Below, piece by piece: positions 17,272-27,365 of a stretch of DNA of 64,000 nucleotides. Under the pieces are notes generated by a model. That model was given only the letters and a program-made list of their open reading frames with translations. It did no database searches and was not told the origin of the DNA. Each line of letters begins with the position of its first letter. Position 1 is the stretch's first letter. The position numbers and the translations under genes are program-made. The stretch is from an uncultured Candidatus Woesearchaeota archaeon (GTDB lineage: Archaea > Nanobdellota > Nanobdellia > UBA10117): the NCBI GenBank assembly GCA_903864915.1, contig CAIPHS010000005.1, forward strand, positions 3,968-67,967, in the 5' to 3' direction.

Positions 17272-18894
17272 CTAACTTTTGGAATCTTGCTCAAACATAG
17301 TGTGGTGTTTGAATTTAGAGTAATTTCCTGGGAATGTTATGACATGCTTATCCGCCAGATACCACGTGCTCGAACAAAGCTGATCTATAAAATATCTATC
17401 GTGGCTTACTAACAAGACAGTACCTTTGTATTCCTTTAGCGTGTCTAGAAAGATATCAGTTGATACTATATCCAAATTATTTGTTGGCTCGTCAAATATT
17501 AAGAAGTTTGGATTTGATAACATTAGTTTTGTAAGAAGTAATCTTGCTTTTTCGCCATTGCTCAAACAGGCTATTTTCTTAAACACGTCATCTTTCCTGA
17601 ACAATACGTTACCTAATGAACGTCTCAAAGCGCCTTCATTAATTGCAGGATAAGTAATTTGTAATTCTTCAAGCAAAGTCCTGCTCTCATCATCAAATTT
17701 TTGTTGTTGGTCGTAATAGCCCAAAACTACGCTTGGATTCAGATAAGAAATGCCACTCGTTGGTTCCACCTTTCGAGTTATAATATCTAGAAGTGTCGTC
17801 TTGCCATGGCCATTCGGTCCAATTAGAGCTATTTTATCACATCTCTCGATATTTAGATTAAGTCCATTAAACAATACTCGATGTTCGTACTCTTTTGTCA
17901 GATTTTCGCAAAAATATATAGACTTCTCACTTCTCTCCGATTCAAATTTTATTTTCATCTTTTCAGTTTTATCTTTCGGTTCTGCAATCGCAACCTTTTC
18001 CAATCTTTCAGCACGCTTCTCCATACTGTGACCGGTTCTTGCTAACTGGTGTGAGCCACCTCTCCTCGCCCATACCAACTTTATGTATGCTGACTCCTTC
18101 AGTCTCGCTATTTCTTTCTGCTCCTGCGAATGCCGAGCAACATCTAATTCGAATTGCTTAGTCTTAGCCTCTAAATAAGCAGTATAATTTCCATTGTATT
18201 TTGTCAGTGTTGCATCTTCAATCTCGAAAATCTTGTTAACAATTGTATCAAGGAAATATCTATCGTGCGACACTAAAAGCAAAGGCTTGTCAAGATCGCA
18301 TAAGTAATCTTCAAGCCATTCTCTCGCATCTATATCTAAATGATTCGTTGGTTCATCAAGAATTAAAACATCAGATACAGTTGCTAGCACTTTTGCAATA
18401 CCTACTTTTGTCATCTGGCCGCAGCTCAAATCCTTGAGGCGCAACTCCAAGTCTTCATCTTGAAAATTCAGATCCTTTAAGATTGTATAGAATTTACGCT
18501 CGTTAAATTTAAGTTTTGCAGCTTTCAGCAAGTTTTCATAATTTAACAACAGCTCATTAAATTTTTCTTGGTTATCGTAATACTCCGGCTGGCCCATTTT
18601 TTTCTCAATTTCGCTGATAGAAGGGCTAATGGAATTCAACAAGTCTGCAATCGTACACTCTTCATTATTTGTTCCAAAAACTTGCGGCAAATATAGCACT
18701 CTCAAGTTCTTTCTTTTGTCAACTACGCCCTCGTAAGTTTCTTCACCTACTAAAATTTTCAAGAGTGTAGATTTACCCTTACCATTTTGGCCAATTAGAC
18801 CTATTTTATCTTCGCTATTTATTGAGAATGAAATATTATCTAAAATTGTCCTTCCATAACTTTTACTTAGCTGTTCCACATGTACTAATTCCAT
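17272..18894 (-). CDS. ABC-F family ribosome-associated ATPase
   Basis: Two ABC domains (GQNGKGKST; GPNGHGKTT), LDEPTNHLD/FDEPTNNLD, VSHDRYF, GNY linker, no TM segments. Confidence 0.92.
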   Translation of the reverse strand: MELVHVEQLSKSYGRTILDNISFSINSEDKIGLIGQNGKGKSTLLKILVGEETYEGVVDKRKNLRVLYLPQVFGTNNEECTIADLLNSISPSISEIEKKMGQPEYYDNQEKFNELLLNYENLLKAAKLKFNERKFYTILKDLNFQDEDLELRLKDLSCGQMTKVGIAKVLATVSDVLILDEPTNHLDIDAREWLEDYLCDLDKPLLLVSHDRYFLDTIVNKIFEIEDATLTKYNGNYTAYLEAKTKQFELDVARHSQEQKEIARLKESAYIKLVWARRGGSHQLARTGHSMEKRAERLEKVAIAEPKDKTEKMKIKFESERSEKSIYFCENLTKEYEHRVLFNGLNLNIERCDKIALIGPNGHGKTTLLDIITRKVEPTSGISYLNPSVVLGYYDQQQKFDDESRTLLEELQITYPAINEGALRRSLGNVLFRKDDVFKKIACLSNGEKARLLLTKLMLSNPNFLIFDEPTNNLDIVSTDIFLDTLKEYKGTVLLVSHDRYFIDQLCSSTWYLADKHVITFPGNYSKFKHHTMFEQDSKS

Positions 18895-18948
18895 CACAAA
18901 TAATAGCCATATAGTTATTTAAGCCTATACCTTACTTAGTAAGAATAA

Positions 18949-19048
18949 TGCGCCAGCCGAGATTCGGACTCGGGTTTTAACCTTTTCGCAACCGCTGATT
19001 AACTTCGCGATGTGGCAAGGTTATGTCCTACCACTAGACTACTGGCGC
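18949..19048 (-). tRNA. tRNA-Gly(GCC) with 29-nt intron (18984-19012)
   Basis: GCGCCAG/CTGGCGC, TAACC/GGTTA; BHB helix TTGC/GCGA; atypical T-loop TCCGAAT. Confidence 0.88.
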
Positions 19049-19102
19049 GTAAAATAAAGGTTGGAATTTAGTTTAAAAACATATCTGAGATGCGATTTAT
19101 GA

Positions 19103-21109
19103 TTATCGGATTTGACCTTCCTTTACCTTGTCAACCTTTACCTTTTCCTTGTAAGTCTGCAGCATCTTGTCCTTGTAATAGACGCTGCCTGCCTTTGATG
19201 TCAGCGTGATTTTTATGAAATCTTCCAGGTCCAGATTCTCAACTGGCTTCTTGTCTATGCCCACTATGAAGACATCTGCACCAGCTTCTGTCTCATCTAC
19301 CGTAAGAATGCCAACATTTTTTGATTTGTCTTCTGCTGCAAGGAGCATTCCTTGCGACATTACGCCCCGCAGTTTTGCGGGCTTCAGGTTTGCGACTATA
19401 ATTATTTTCTTGCCTTTCAGCTCGCCGGGCTTGTAGTGCTGCTTTATTCCTGCAACGATTTCCCGGTACCCTAATTTACCCAGGCTTAATTTTAACTTGT
19501 ACAATTTCTCAGCTTCTGGAATTTCCTCAACAGCTTTTATTTCTGCAACCCTCAAGTCAAGCTTTTCAAAAGGCTCCACTACGCCAATCTTTTCCGCATC
19601 TATCTTTTCAAAAAGAATATCGCCTTTCTTTATTTCCGTTCCTACTTTCAGCTGGCCCCAATTCCATTTCTTTAATTGTGGAACTTTTGCCAACCCTAAT
19701 TGCTGGGAAATCTTTTCCGCAGTTTCTGGCATGAACGGCCAGATTAAGGTGGCGGTCAGGCGCAAAGCCTCCGCAAGATTGTACAAAACCGTATTCAGGT
19801 GTGGGGAATTCTGCTTGGCAAGCTCCCATGGCTTCTCGTCTGCAACATACTTATTTGCCAAATGGATGTAAGCGAAGATTTTCTCGAGAGCCTTGTGGAA
19901 CTCCAGCTTCTCCATGTGCTCTCCAGCATGCCTTATGGTATCGTCAAACTGCGAAATTATCTCAATATCCTCATTGTCGCGCTTTCCCTTCTTTGCCTTG
20001 GGTATTTTCCCGTTTGAGAATTTTTCAATCAGTGTCAATACCCTTGCAACAAGATTACCAAGCTCATCAGCAAGTTCAGAGTTGTATCTCTGCACCAAGT
20101 CTAATTCCTTGAAATCCAAATCTTCGCCGTATGGGGCTGCGCGCAAGAAGTAATATCTGACTGCATCAGTTCCGTATTTTCCAACTAAGTCCTTTGGGTC
20201 TATGACATTTCCCAATGACTTTGATATCTTCTGGCCTTCAACAGTTATCCAGCCGTTTACGAAAACCAGTTTTGGCGGTTTTATGCCTGCAGACATCAAC
20301 ATCGCTGGCCATATCACTGTGTGGAACCAGAGGTTGTCTTTGCCTAAATGGTGCGTGTCACAAGGCCACCACTTGTTGAACTTCTTTTTTGGCCAACCCA
20401 CTCCAGTCAGATAATTTAGCAGAGCATCAAACCAAACGTAAGTTATGTGTTTCTTATCAAGCGAAAATGGTATGCCCCACTTGAATTTTGTCCTTGTTAT
20501 TGACAAATCCTTCAGGCCTTCTGTCAGAACCCTATTACGGACTTCTTCCAACCTTCCCGCAGGCTTAACGAAATCAGGATTTTTCTTGTAAAACTCCAAT
20601 AATGGTGCGGCATACTTTGACATCTTGAAGAAATATGTTTCTTCCTCCACCAATTCAACCGGCTTCTGGTGTATTTTGCACTTGCCTTCCACTATGTCAT
20701 CGTCCGACAAGAAGACTTCGCAACCGACACAATAGTGGCCTTTGTATACTCCCTTGTAAATATCATCCTTGATCTTTTTGGTAAACCGCTGCACGACTTT
20801 GGCGTGGTCTGCGTCTGTTGTCCTGATGAACCTGTCAAAACCTATGTTAAGCATCTCCCACGTTTTCTTAAACTGTTCAGAAAGCTCGTCAACGAATTCT
20901 TTCGGTGACTTACCTGCATTCTCCGCAGCTCTTTGTATCTTCAGGCCATGCTCATCAGTGCCAGTTAGGAAGAAAACCTTTTCACCAAGTGACTTGTGCC
21001 ATCTTGCTTGCGTGTCTGCAGCAATCTTTTGGTATGCATGCCCGATATGCGGCACGCTATTGGTATAATCAATTGCTGTTGCAATGTAAAATTTGGATTT
21101 CTTGGCCAC
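19103..21109 (-). CDS. metG: methionine--tRNA ligase with C-terminal tRNA-binding domain
   Basis: HIGH, GTDEHG, YVWFDAL, KISKS, Trbp111-like ANLKPAKLRGVMSQGMLL; GTG start after AGGTGA. Confidence 0.95.
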   Translation of the reverse strand: MAKKSKFYIATAIDYTNSVPHIGHAYQKIAADTQARWHKSLGEKVFFLTGTDEHGLKIQRAAENAGKSPKEFVDELSEQFKKTWEMLNIGFDRFIRTTDADHAKVVQRFTKKIKDDIYKGVYKGHYCVGCEVFLSDDDIVEGKCKIHQKPVELVEEETYFFKMSKYAAPLLEFYKKNPDFVKPAGRLEEVRNRVLTEGLKDLSITRTKFKWGIPFSLDKKHITYVWFDALLNYLTGVGWPKKKFNKWWPCDTHHLGKDNLWFHTVIWPAMLMSAGIKPPKLVFVNGWITVEGQKISKSLGNVIDPKDLVGKYGTDAVRYYFLRAAPYGEDLDFKELDLVQRYNSELADELGNLVARVLTLIEKFSNGKIPKAKKGKRDNEDIEIISQFDDTIRHAGEHMEKLEFHKALEKIFAYIHLANKYVADEKPWELAKQNSPHLNTVLYNLAEALRLTATLIWPFMPETAEKISQQLGLAKVPQLKKWNWGQLKVGTEIKKGDILFEKIDAEKIGVVEPFEKLDLRVAEIKAVEEIPEAEKLYKLKLSLGKLGYREIVAGIKQHYKPGELKGKKIIIVANLKPAKLRGVMSQGMLLAAEDKSKNVGILTVDETEAGADVFIVGIDKKPVENLDLEDFIKITLTSKAGSVYYKDKMLQTYKEKVKVDKVKEGQIR

Positions 21110-21193
21110 GGACTCACCTAGAGTTAGGCAAAACTGGGGCATAAAAGTCTTTCTTTGCGTAGGATTTAAATACAATTCAAACCTCTTACTGCC

Positions 21194-21610
21194 ATGGACA
21201 AGAAACTGGTCTATCCAATCATTGGATTTGTTATAGTAATTGCTATAATTGCCATCTTATTTTTACAGGCAGGCTCAACAAATACGACGACACAGGGGGG
21301 CCTGCAAATTTCGAACTTCCAGTTCTCCGAAGTAACATCAGGGCCTGAGAAATTGCACATAATAACTGTTGAAAAAAGCATAACGTTTGAAGGGCCTGTA
21401 ACCAAGCCAACGCCCTGCCACACCCTTGAAGCAGCATATAAGACAGAGGGCAGCAACGTCATAGTTAACATAACTGCAAAAGGCGGCTCTGGCTTCTGCA
21501 TTCAAGTGATAAAAGACACATTTTACAAAGGCAGTTTTGATTATACTGGCAATCTTACAAGTGTTACCATAAACTACGGCAGCCAAGAGCTGGCATCGGC
21601 AAAACTGTAG
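21194..21610 (+). CDS. membrane-anchored secreted protein
   Basis: N-terminal TM; PTPC...CIQV Cys pair. Confidence 0.7.
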   Translation: MDKKLVYPIIGFVIVIAIIAILFLQAGSTNTTTQGGLQISNFQFSEVTSGPEKLHIITVEKSITFEGPVTKPTPCHTLEAAYKTEGSNVIVNITAKGGSGFCIQVIKDTFYKGSFDYTGNLTSVTINYGSQELASAKL

Positions 21611-21640
21611 TTTTTTATCTCTATTCTGCGTTAAAAATAC

Positions 21641-22735
21641 ATGGAGTCTGTTGAGGACATTGCTGCAAGGCTGAAAGATATTGAGCAGAAAAGGGAACTC
21701 CTTGCAAAATGCTTCAAAGAAACGGATTCTGCCAAAATAACTAAATTCAAGTTTCCAATCTCGCCGGTTAATCTTAACGGTATAAAAATCTGCGGGGTTG
21801 ATGGTGGCTTCCTGAAAAAAGAATATCACGGTGCAGGCCTCATACTAAGAAGAGCTGTTGCTGTCTGCTTTGAATACATTGATGGCAGGCTGGCCAATGC
21901 CAAATACCATCCAAGCAAGAAACCTTTCCCGGAGCCAATCGTTACCGGTCCTGAATTTTCAGATTATGATTTCAACATACTTGCAAATTTATCAAGGGAA
22001 GAAGTTGAACTGAAGACATGCCTAGAAGCGATTGAGCAGTTCTCCCCAAATGTTCTTGTACGAGACGGTTCTATAGTTTTGCATCCTTCCAGCATGCCGG
22101 AACAATCTTCCAAAGCCTATGGGAAATACAAGGAAATTATTTCTCTTATGAAAGAACTTTACAGGAAATGTGAGGAAAAACACATACTTCTGGTTGGAGC
22201 TGTTGAGGACTCCAAAGGGAAAAGATACTGCAATATCCTGATGCAGGAAGCCATTCCTGCCTTGTTGAAAGCAAACATAACTGTTGAGACTTTGAAAAGA
22301 ATCAATGATTGCAAGGATGTTCTGGAAAATACCACAGACACTTTGTTTTTGTATAATTTATTGAATGTTGGCGAGCGGACAGCAGTTTCAGATTATTCCA
22401 AGACTTCAGAACTACCAATCCTGAAAGACATGGAAGAATATTCGAGGAAACTTTTTGTCCTTTACATGAAAGCTGCAGAATTTGACAGGCCCCTCCGCAT
22501 TGACTTCCTTGCAGACTTTGAGAAGCTCGATGAAACCGCGGAAAAAGCAGCCACAATAATTTTCGAAATTTCAAAACAAAACAGGATGTATTCCTATCCA
22601 TCAGTCTTGATAGAAGCTGACGCCAGAGCCAAATTGATGGAGGATGATATCTTCCACTTTAAGGCAGCATTGGCAGAAAAATTAGGCAGAAATCCCATGT
22701 TGTTTGACTTGAGACGGGATTTGAGGCCGTTCTAA
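21641..22735 (+). CDS. nurA: DNA double-strand break repair nuclease NurA
   Basis: GVDGG, RDGS, YPSVLIEAD; near herA. Confidence 0.88.
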   Translation: MESVEDIAARLKDIEQKRELLAKCFKETDSAKITKFKFPISPVNLNGIKICGVDGGFLKKEYHGAGLILRRAVAVCFEYIDGRLANAKYHPSKKPFPEPIVTGPEFSDYDFNILANLSREEVELKTCLEAIEQFSPNVLVRDGSIVLHPSSMPEQSSKAYGKYKEIISLMKELYRKCEEKHILLVGAVEDSKGKRYCNILMQEAIPALLKANITVETLKRINDCKDVLENTTDTLFLYNLLNVGERTAVSDYSKTSELPILKDMEEYSRKLFVLYMKAAEFDRPLRIDFLADFEKLDETAEKAATIIFEISKQNRMYSYPSVLIEADARAKLMEDDIFHFKAALAEKLGRNPMLFDLRRDLRPF

Positions 22736-23886
22736 TCCTTAAGGGCATTAACAACAACCAGCTTGTGGCCTATTTTATTTGGCAGGATTTTGTTTGCTTC
22801 ATCTCTTAACTCTACAGCAAGCCTTCTGGCGAGCGAATAAGGCGTAGCGCCTCCATTAAATTTAACAACGATTTCATTAGTCAATCCGCGTTTTTGAATT
22901 ATTACTTGCATATCCTTCTTCTCCAAAATTCCTTTGAGTGTGTTACAAAGGTAATTTGATATAACACCTTCTGCGTCCGAACCGCTTGGAACATATATTG
23001 AAAATTCATTTGCGTTTTTGGGCACAATTGCGCACGGAAGCACTTGTTCGCGTTCTTGTGTGCTCTTAATTAACTTAGAATACGCTTCCGCCAATACGTG
23101 AAGCCCTTTGAGCTTTTTCAAGTCTGATTTTTCTTCATCATTAACTAGCTTTGACGGGTCGATAAACGAATTACAGGCTTTAAGTGAGTACATTGCCACA
23201 GCAAGGTCTTTGCCACCCTCTTTCATAACGAATTTTTCAAAACCCATATCTGCAATTTCCAATAACTTATCAAGGTTTACTTCAGGATGTAATTTACTTA
23301 TCGGTTTGAAGTTTTCATCTAACACTCCAAGGTTTTGGGAGTATGTAGATACTAGTTCAACTACTGCTTTGTATGAATTAACTATCAGACATTCATCTTT
23401 CCTTACTGCCTGAAAGGTTGGGGCTTTATCTTTAAGTTTGAGAAGTTTTAGCTCGCCCTTGTATTCATCAGATACTTTCCGTATTTCTGCAGCGTTGCGT
23501 TGTAGCTCATCGTACCCAGTTTTCAGATCATGCATTTCTGCATCTTTGCCCGATAAGAGCTGCTCTAAGTTCAGATTATCTTGTTCCAATACGCGAATTA
23601 TTTCTTCCTCAGAAAGTTGCTTTTCTTCGATCACATATGTAAACGACTGGCCATGCTCTATAGAAGTCCTTTGAGATTTTTTTAGTACCAGTTCTAACTT
23701 ATTGCGAGGTACGTTATAAAAAACAAGGCAGGTTCCATCAATAAGAATTTTAGGTGGTGCTGACTCCTTTCGCAATTCACCAGAAACATTATTTCTTATG
23801 TCCCTTACAGTGCTGATTCTATCGTAGCGCGTGCTAAGAACATCTATGTTGACTACCAGCGCCTTACGCTTGTAATTATTCACCAT
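22732..23886 (-). CDS. hypothetical coiled-coil protein
   Basis: Long ORF with central heptads; between nurA and herA. Confidence 0.7.
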   Translation of the reverse strand: MVNNYKRKALVVNIDVLSTRYDRISTVRDIRNNVSGELRKESAPPKILIDGTCLVFYNVPRNKLELVLKKSQRTSIEHGQSFTYVIEEKQLSEEEIIRVLEQDNLNLEQLLSGKDAEMHDLKTGYDELQRNAAEIRKVSDEYKGELKLLKLKDKAPTFQAVRKDECLIVNSYKAVVELVSTYSQNLGVLDENFKPISKLHPEVNLDKLLEIADMGFEKFVMKEGGKDLAVAMYSLKACNSFIDPSKLVNDEEKSDLKKLKGLHVLAEAYSKLIKSTQEREQVLPCAIVPKNANEFSIYVPSGSDAEGVISNYLCNTLKGILEKKDMQVIIQKRGLTNEIVVKFNGGATPYSLARRLAVELRDEANKILPNKIGHKLVVVNALKD

Positions 23887-24041
23887 TTGTTTACTCAAGT
23901 AAACAAAATACTTAGCTTTTTAAAACTACTTAATAGTCTCCTCAAGCCAATACGCGAGAAAAATTTTATTTTTCTGCGCCAGGCTAAACTTGTTTAGTTT
24001 AGCCTCGGAATTCTTATAAATTCGCTTCATCGATTTTAGAC

Positions 24042-25541
24042 ATGGAGACTGCCAAGCTTGGAACGGTCATTACAACGCAGGATTCTCCTTCTGTCAGCTC
24101 TTTTGCCTTTGTAATAGATGAGAAGAATCCTGTCAAGAGAGGGCAATTCATCTCTGTCCTGACAGAAGAAGGCACACTAATTGCAAATGTCATGAATATC
24201 TTCAAGACAAACCGCTATTTCGAGTCAGCTGGCTCTGTAAAGGAATACTCAAAGGCTAATGATTTGCAGCATTCTTTTCCCATAAAGGAATGGGAATACA
24301 CAATTGCAGAGGCGAAACTGCTGGGTGTTTATGCAGCGGATGGCTCATTGAACAGGCCATCATTTCCGCCAAGCCCTGGCAATTCCGTGCTTGAAGTAGA
24401 GCCTGATTTGCTGAACAAATTCCTTGGCTTTGACCAGGAAAACGGCTTGCATCTCGGAGATGTCCAGCAACACAATCTTAAAGCAAAATTCAATCTCACT
24501 AAACTTTTGCAGAAACATCTTGCAGTACTTGCAATGTCTGGCGCTGGAAAAAGTTATGCTGTATCTGTCTTGATTGAAGAGCTTCTCAGCAGGAAAAGCG
24601 GCAAAATTGCAGTATTAATAATTGACAATCACGGCGAATACGTCAGCCTGTCAAAAGAAAAGGAACTTGCAGACAAAATAAAAATTATTGACGCAACTGA
24701 AGTCAAGATTGCACTGCAGCATTTCTCCGCGCAGATGATTGCAAAGCTGTTCCCTTCAATGTCCGCAGTACAGACAAGGGAACTTGGAAAGACCCTGGAT
24801 TCGCTAAGAAAAGCAGGCAAGCCGTTTGAAGTCTCTGATGTTATTTCCGCAGTAGAGCAGAGTGAAAGCCTGACTGAAGCGTCATCCGGGGCATTGCTGG
24901 CCTGGCTTTCAGAGCTTGATTCTCTTGGTATTTTCGGCAAGGCGGACTGGCCGAATTTCGATGCTGTGCTGGAACCTGGCAAAGCTGTTATCCTGAATTT
25001 CCGCGAGATGTTAGACTTACGAAGAAAACAGCTGATTGTAGACTATGTTTCAAAGAGAATTTTTGGATTAAGACGTAAGGAAATGGTTCCGCCATACCTT
25101 GAAATCATCGAGGAAGCACACAATTTCTGCCCTGAAAAAATGAAATCAGAAAATGCGCTAAGCAAGGGCATAATCGAAACGCTTGCAAGGGAAGGGCGAA
25201 AGTTCTATGCTAATCTATGCCTGATTTCCCAAAGGCCGGTACAGCTGTCAACAACAGCATTGTCACAGTGCAACACGCACATCATTCTTCGTGTAACAAA
25301 CCCATATGACTTGGACCACATTAAGAAATCTGCAGAGTCAATCTCACAATCAACATTAGACGTAATCAGCAGCCTCAAGGTGGGCGAAGCCCTGGTTTTG
25401 GGAGAAGCTGTAAATTACCCGGTTTTCGTTAAAATAAGGCAAAGGAAATCAAAGGAAAGCCATGGCACCAAGCTGGAAGAATATGCAGTCCAATGGGAAG
25501 GCGCCAAAGGCAAGCTGGCAAAAGGTTCTGATTTCCTTTGA
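24042..25541 (+). CDS. herA: HerA helicase/ATPase
   Basis: HAS barrel, HLAVLAMSGAGKS, DNHGEY, IEEAH, REGRKF, SQRP. Confidence 0.93.
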   Translation: METAKLGTVITTQDSPSVSSFAFVIDEKNPVKRGQFISVLTEEGTLIANVMNIFKTNRYFESAGSVKEYSKANDLQHSFPIKEWEYTIAEAKLLGVYAADGSLNRPSFPPSPGNSVLEVEPDLLNKFLGFDQENGLHLGDVQQHNLKAKFNLTKLLQKHLAVLAMSGAGKSYAVSVLIEELLSRKSGKIAVLIIDNHGEYVSLSKEKELADKIKIIDATEVKIALQHFSAQMIAKLFPSMSAVQTRELGKTLDSLRKAGKPFEVSDVISAVEQSESLTEASSGALLAWLSELDSLGIFGKADWPNFDAVLEPGKAVILNFREMLDLRRKQLIVDYVSKRIFGLRRKEMVPPYLEIIEEAHNFCPEKMKSENALSKGIIETLAREGRKFYANLCLISQRPVQLSTTALSQCNTHIILRVTNPYDLDHIKKSAESISQSTLDVISSLKVGEALVLGEAVNYPVFVKIRQRKSKESHGTKLEEYAVQWEGAKGKLAKGSDFL

Positions 25542-25598
25542 ACGACTTTAAGTTCCATATGGCAAATATTTATAAACTATGTAACTCTTCCAATAATC

Positions 25599-26810
25599 AT
25601 GACAAAATCGTACAAACTGGCAGAAAGCATAACTTCCTTCCGGCAAGACAAAACTCTAGCAGATATAGTCCAAAAAGTCGATGACGAAGCTTTCCAAGAC
25701 TATCCTTTTCTGAAAGCATTAGTTGATAAAAGCAATTATCTTAATCAAAATAATTGGCAGCAAAACATGGAATTTATTACTGACATGCTTCCCCTTTTCG
25801 GAAAATTATCTACTCTAGAATGCTTTGTTGGATTGCCGCACTATTTCGCAGATACTTACCAAGCAATTAAGAATTGGCAAGCCAATAAACCAAAGCCGAT
25901 TCGTGTGCCTTGGTTTAACCCTCCACAACAGCACGCTGACAAAGTACAAAAACTGTATAATGTTACGTTTGATTTAGAAACCTCTATTAAAAATTGCAGG
26001 ATATTTGGCAATGCTATTTCTGAAGGCAGAGGGCTGTACGCTTTTATCGGACCTAAAATCGAAAAATGGAAAAGAGACGAATACGGAAAACTCATACTAC
26101 AAAACAACGCTCCTGTTCTGAATCTAAATGATCAGATTAAAGTTCTCTCTGCTCTGTGCGCACCATGGTCAACTATCGAAGATGGCAAAACCATAACTTA
26201 CGATTTGCGATTTATTTCCGATAGCGAAGCTCTGGTAAAGGAGGGCAAAACAGTTGTTTATGGTTTAAACCGGGCCGAATTAGAAAAAATAAGGACAAAA
26301 TTAAAACCTGGGGATGACGAAGCAGTATTTTATATCACGGCAAGGCCTGAAAATGCCCAAGTAACCGCACAATTATTGGCTGGCCAGTATAATAACATAT
26401 TAATTAATGGAAGCGGTTTTGTCAATCAAACCATAGATCTTTTGCAAGAAAATACAACTATAAACTACAAACAACTTGCCGGGATATTGCGCTATCTTTC
26501 TCAGCAAACGCATGACAAAATTCCCCACTCACTTATCGGTTCTTTTATCAAAAATTTTGGTACGGAATTACTTATCCAAGCCGTAGAACAAATAGAAGAG
26601 GCCCAAAGGGGAGCACTTAATGTGAAAGCGCTTCGTAGCTGGCCGGGCGGTAATCCTGACACCCTGAAAGAAGCCCTAGATTACAGCAAAGGCATTATTT
26701 CAGCTGCGCGTGAGTATGCCTCTAAGAATCCAGAAATAATGGCTAATGTAGCTGCTGCGAAACTTGAAGGCAAAAACCATTATTTAATTCAAGCTAGACT
26801 TGAAAATTAG
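25599..26810 (+). CDS. hypothetical protein
   Basis: 403-aa ORF with TTTATAAA box about 25 nt upstream. Confidence 0.7.
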   Translation: MTKSYKLAESITSFRQDKTLADIVQKVDDEAFQDYPFLKALVDKSNYLNQNNWQQNMEFITDMLPLFGKLSTLECFVGLPHYFADTYQAIKNWQANKPKPIRVPWFNPPQQHADKVQKLYNVTFDLETSIKNCRIFGNAISEGRGLYAFIGPKIEKWKRDEYGKLILQNNAPVLNLNDQIKVLSALCAPWSTIEDGKTITYDLRFISDSEALVKEGKTVVYGLNRAELEKIRTKLKPGDDEAVFYITARPENAQVTAQLLAGQYNNILINGSGFVNQTIDLLQENTTINYKQLAGILRYLSQQTHDKIPHSLIGSFIKNFGTELLIQAVEQIEEAQRGALNVKALRSWPGGNPDTLKEALDYSKGIISAAREYASKNPEIMANVAAAKLEGKNHYLIQARLEN

Positions 26811-27255
26811 CTGAATCTTTGAAACATTTAGTTGATATTATGCCCATACCCCGCACCTCAAAACACTTTGCAACTTCTTTTGCAACTTCGTAATATTCGT
26901 CTTTGTCCTTGACACGCACTTTGACAAAGTAATCCCACTCACCAGCTATGCTATAAACTTCCTGAACTTGAGGTAACTTCATCAGGCATTCTGCACCCTT
27001 CTCAAACTGCATTTCTTTTCCCAGTTTCGCCTGACCTAAAATAAAAGCTACAAAACCTTTTTCGAGCTTTTCTGCATCCAAATTAATAGTGTAGCCTCGA
27101 ATAAAATTTTCTTTCTGTAAGGTCTTTAGTCTTTCATGCACTGTAGACGTTGGGAGCTTCATCAAATGTGCCAGTCTTGTAACTCTTGGCACGCAGAGGT
27201 CTCCTCTTTGCAACAAATTTAGCATTTGCTTATCTGTGTCTTTGATTTTAGCCAT
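26794..27255 (-). CDS. Lrp/AsnC family transcriptional regulator
   Basis: STVHERLKTL...IRGY; AGEWDYFVKV. Confidence 0.9.
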   Translation of the reverse strand: MAKIKDTDKQMLNLLQRGDLCVPRVTRLAHLMKLPTSTVHERLKTLQKENFIRGYTINLDAEKLEKGFVAFILGQAKLGKEMQFEKGAECLMKLPQVQEVYSIAGEWDYFVKVRVKDKDEYYEVAKEVAKCFEVRGMGIISTKCFKDSANFQV

Positions 27256-27297
27256 TTCCGTATAACTTACAGTAATTGTTAGCGTATTTAAATAGTT

Positions 27298-27333
27298 TAC
27301 GGTTTTTAGATGATAAAATTTATCTAAACCGTA
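27298..27333. promoter_or_regulatory. inverted repeat in the divergent promoter (candidate Lrp operator)
   Basis: TACGGTTT...GATAAA-A-TTTATC...AAACCGTA between two TATA-like boxes. Confidence 0.5.
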
Positions 27334-27365
27334 TAATATACAGACAATACAAAAGGACAAATAAA

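Noticed and set aside
8000..18949. Classical integrative element with attL/attR direct repeats at tRNA-Gly
   Set aside because: No integrase, and no direct repeat of the tRNA-Gly 3' end found by eye; only an inverted, diverged 5'-half fragment.
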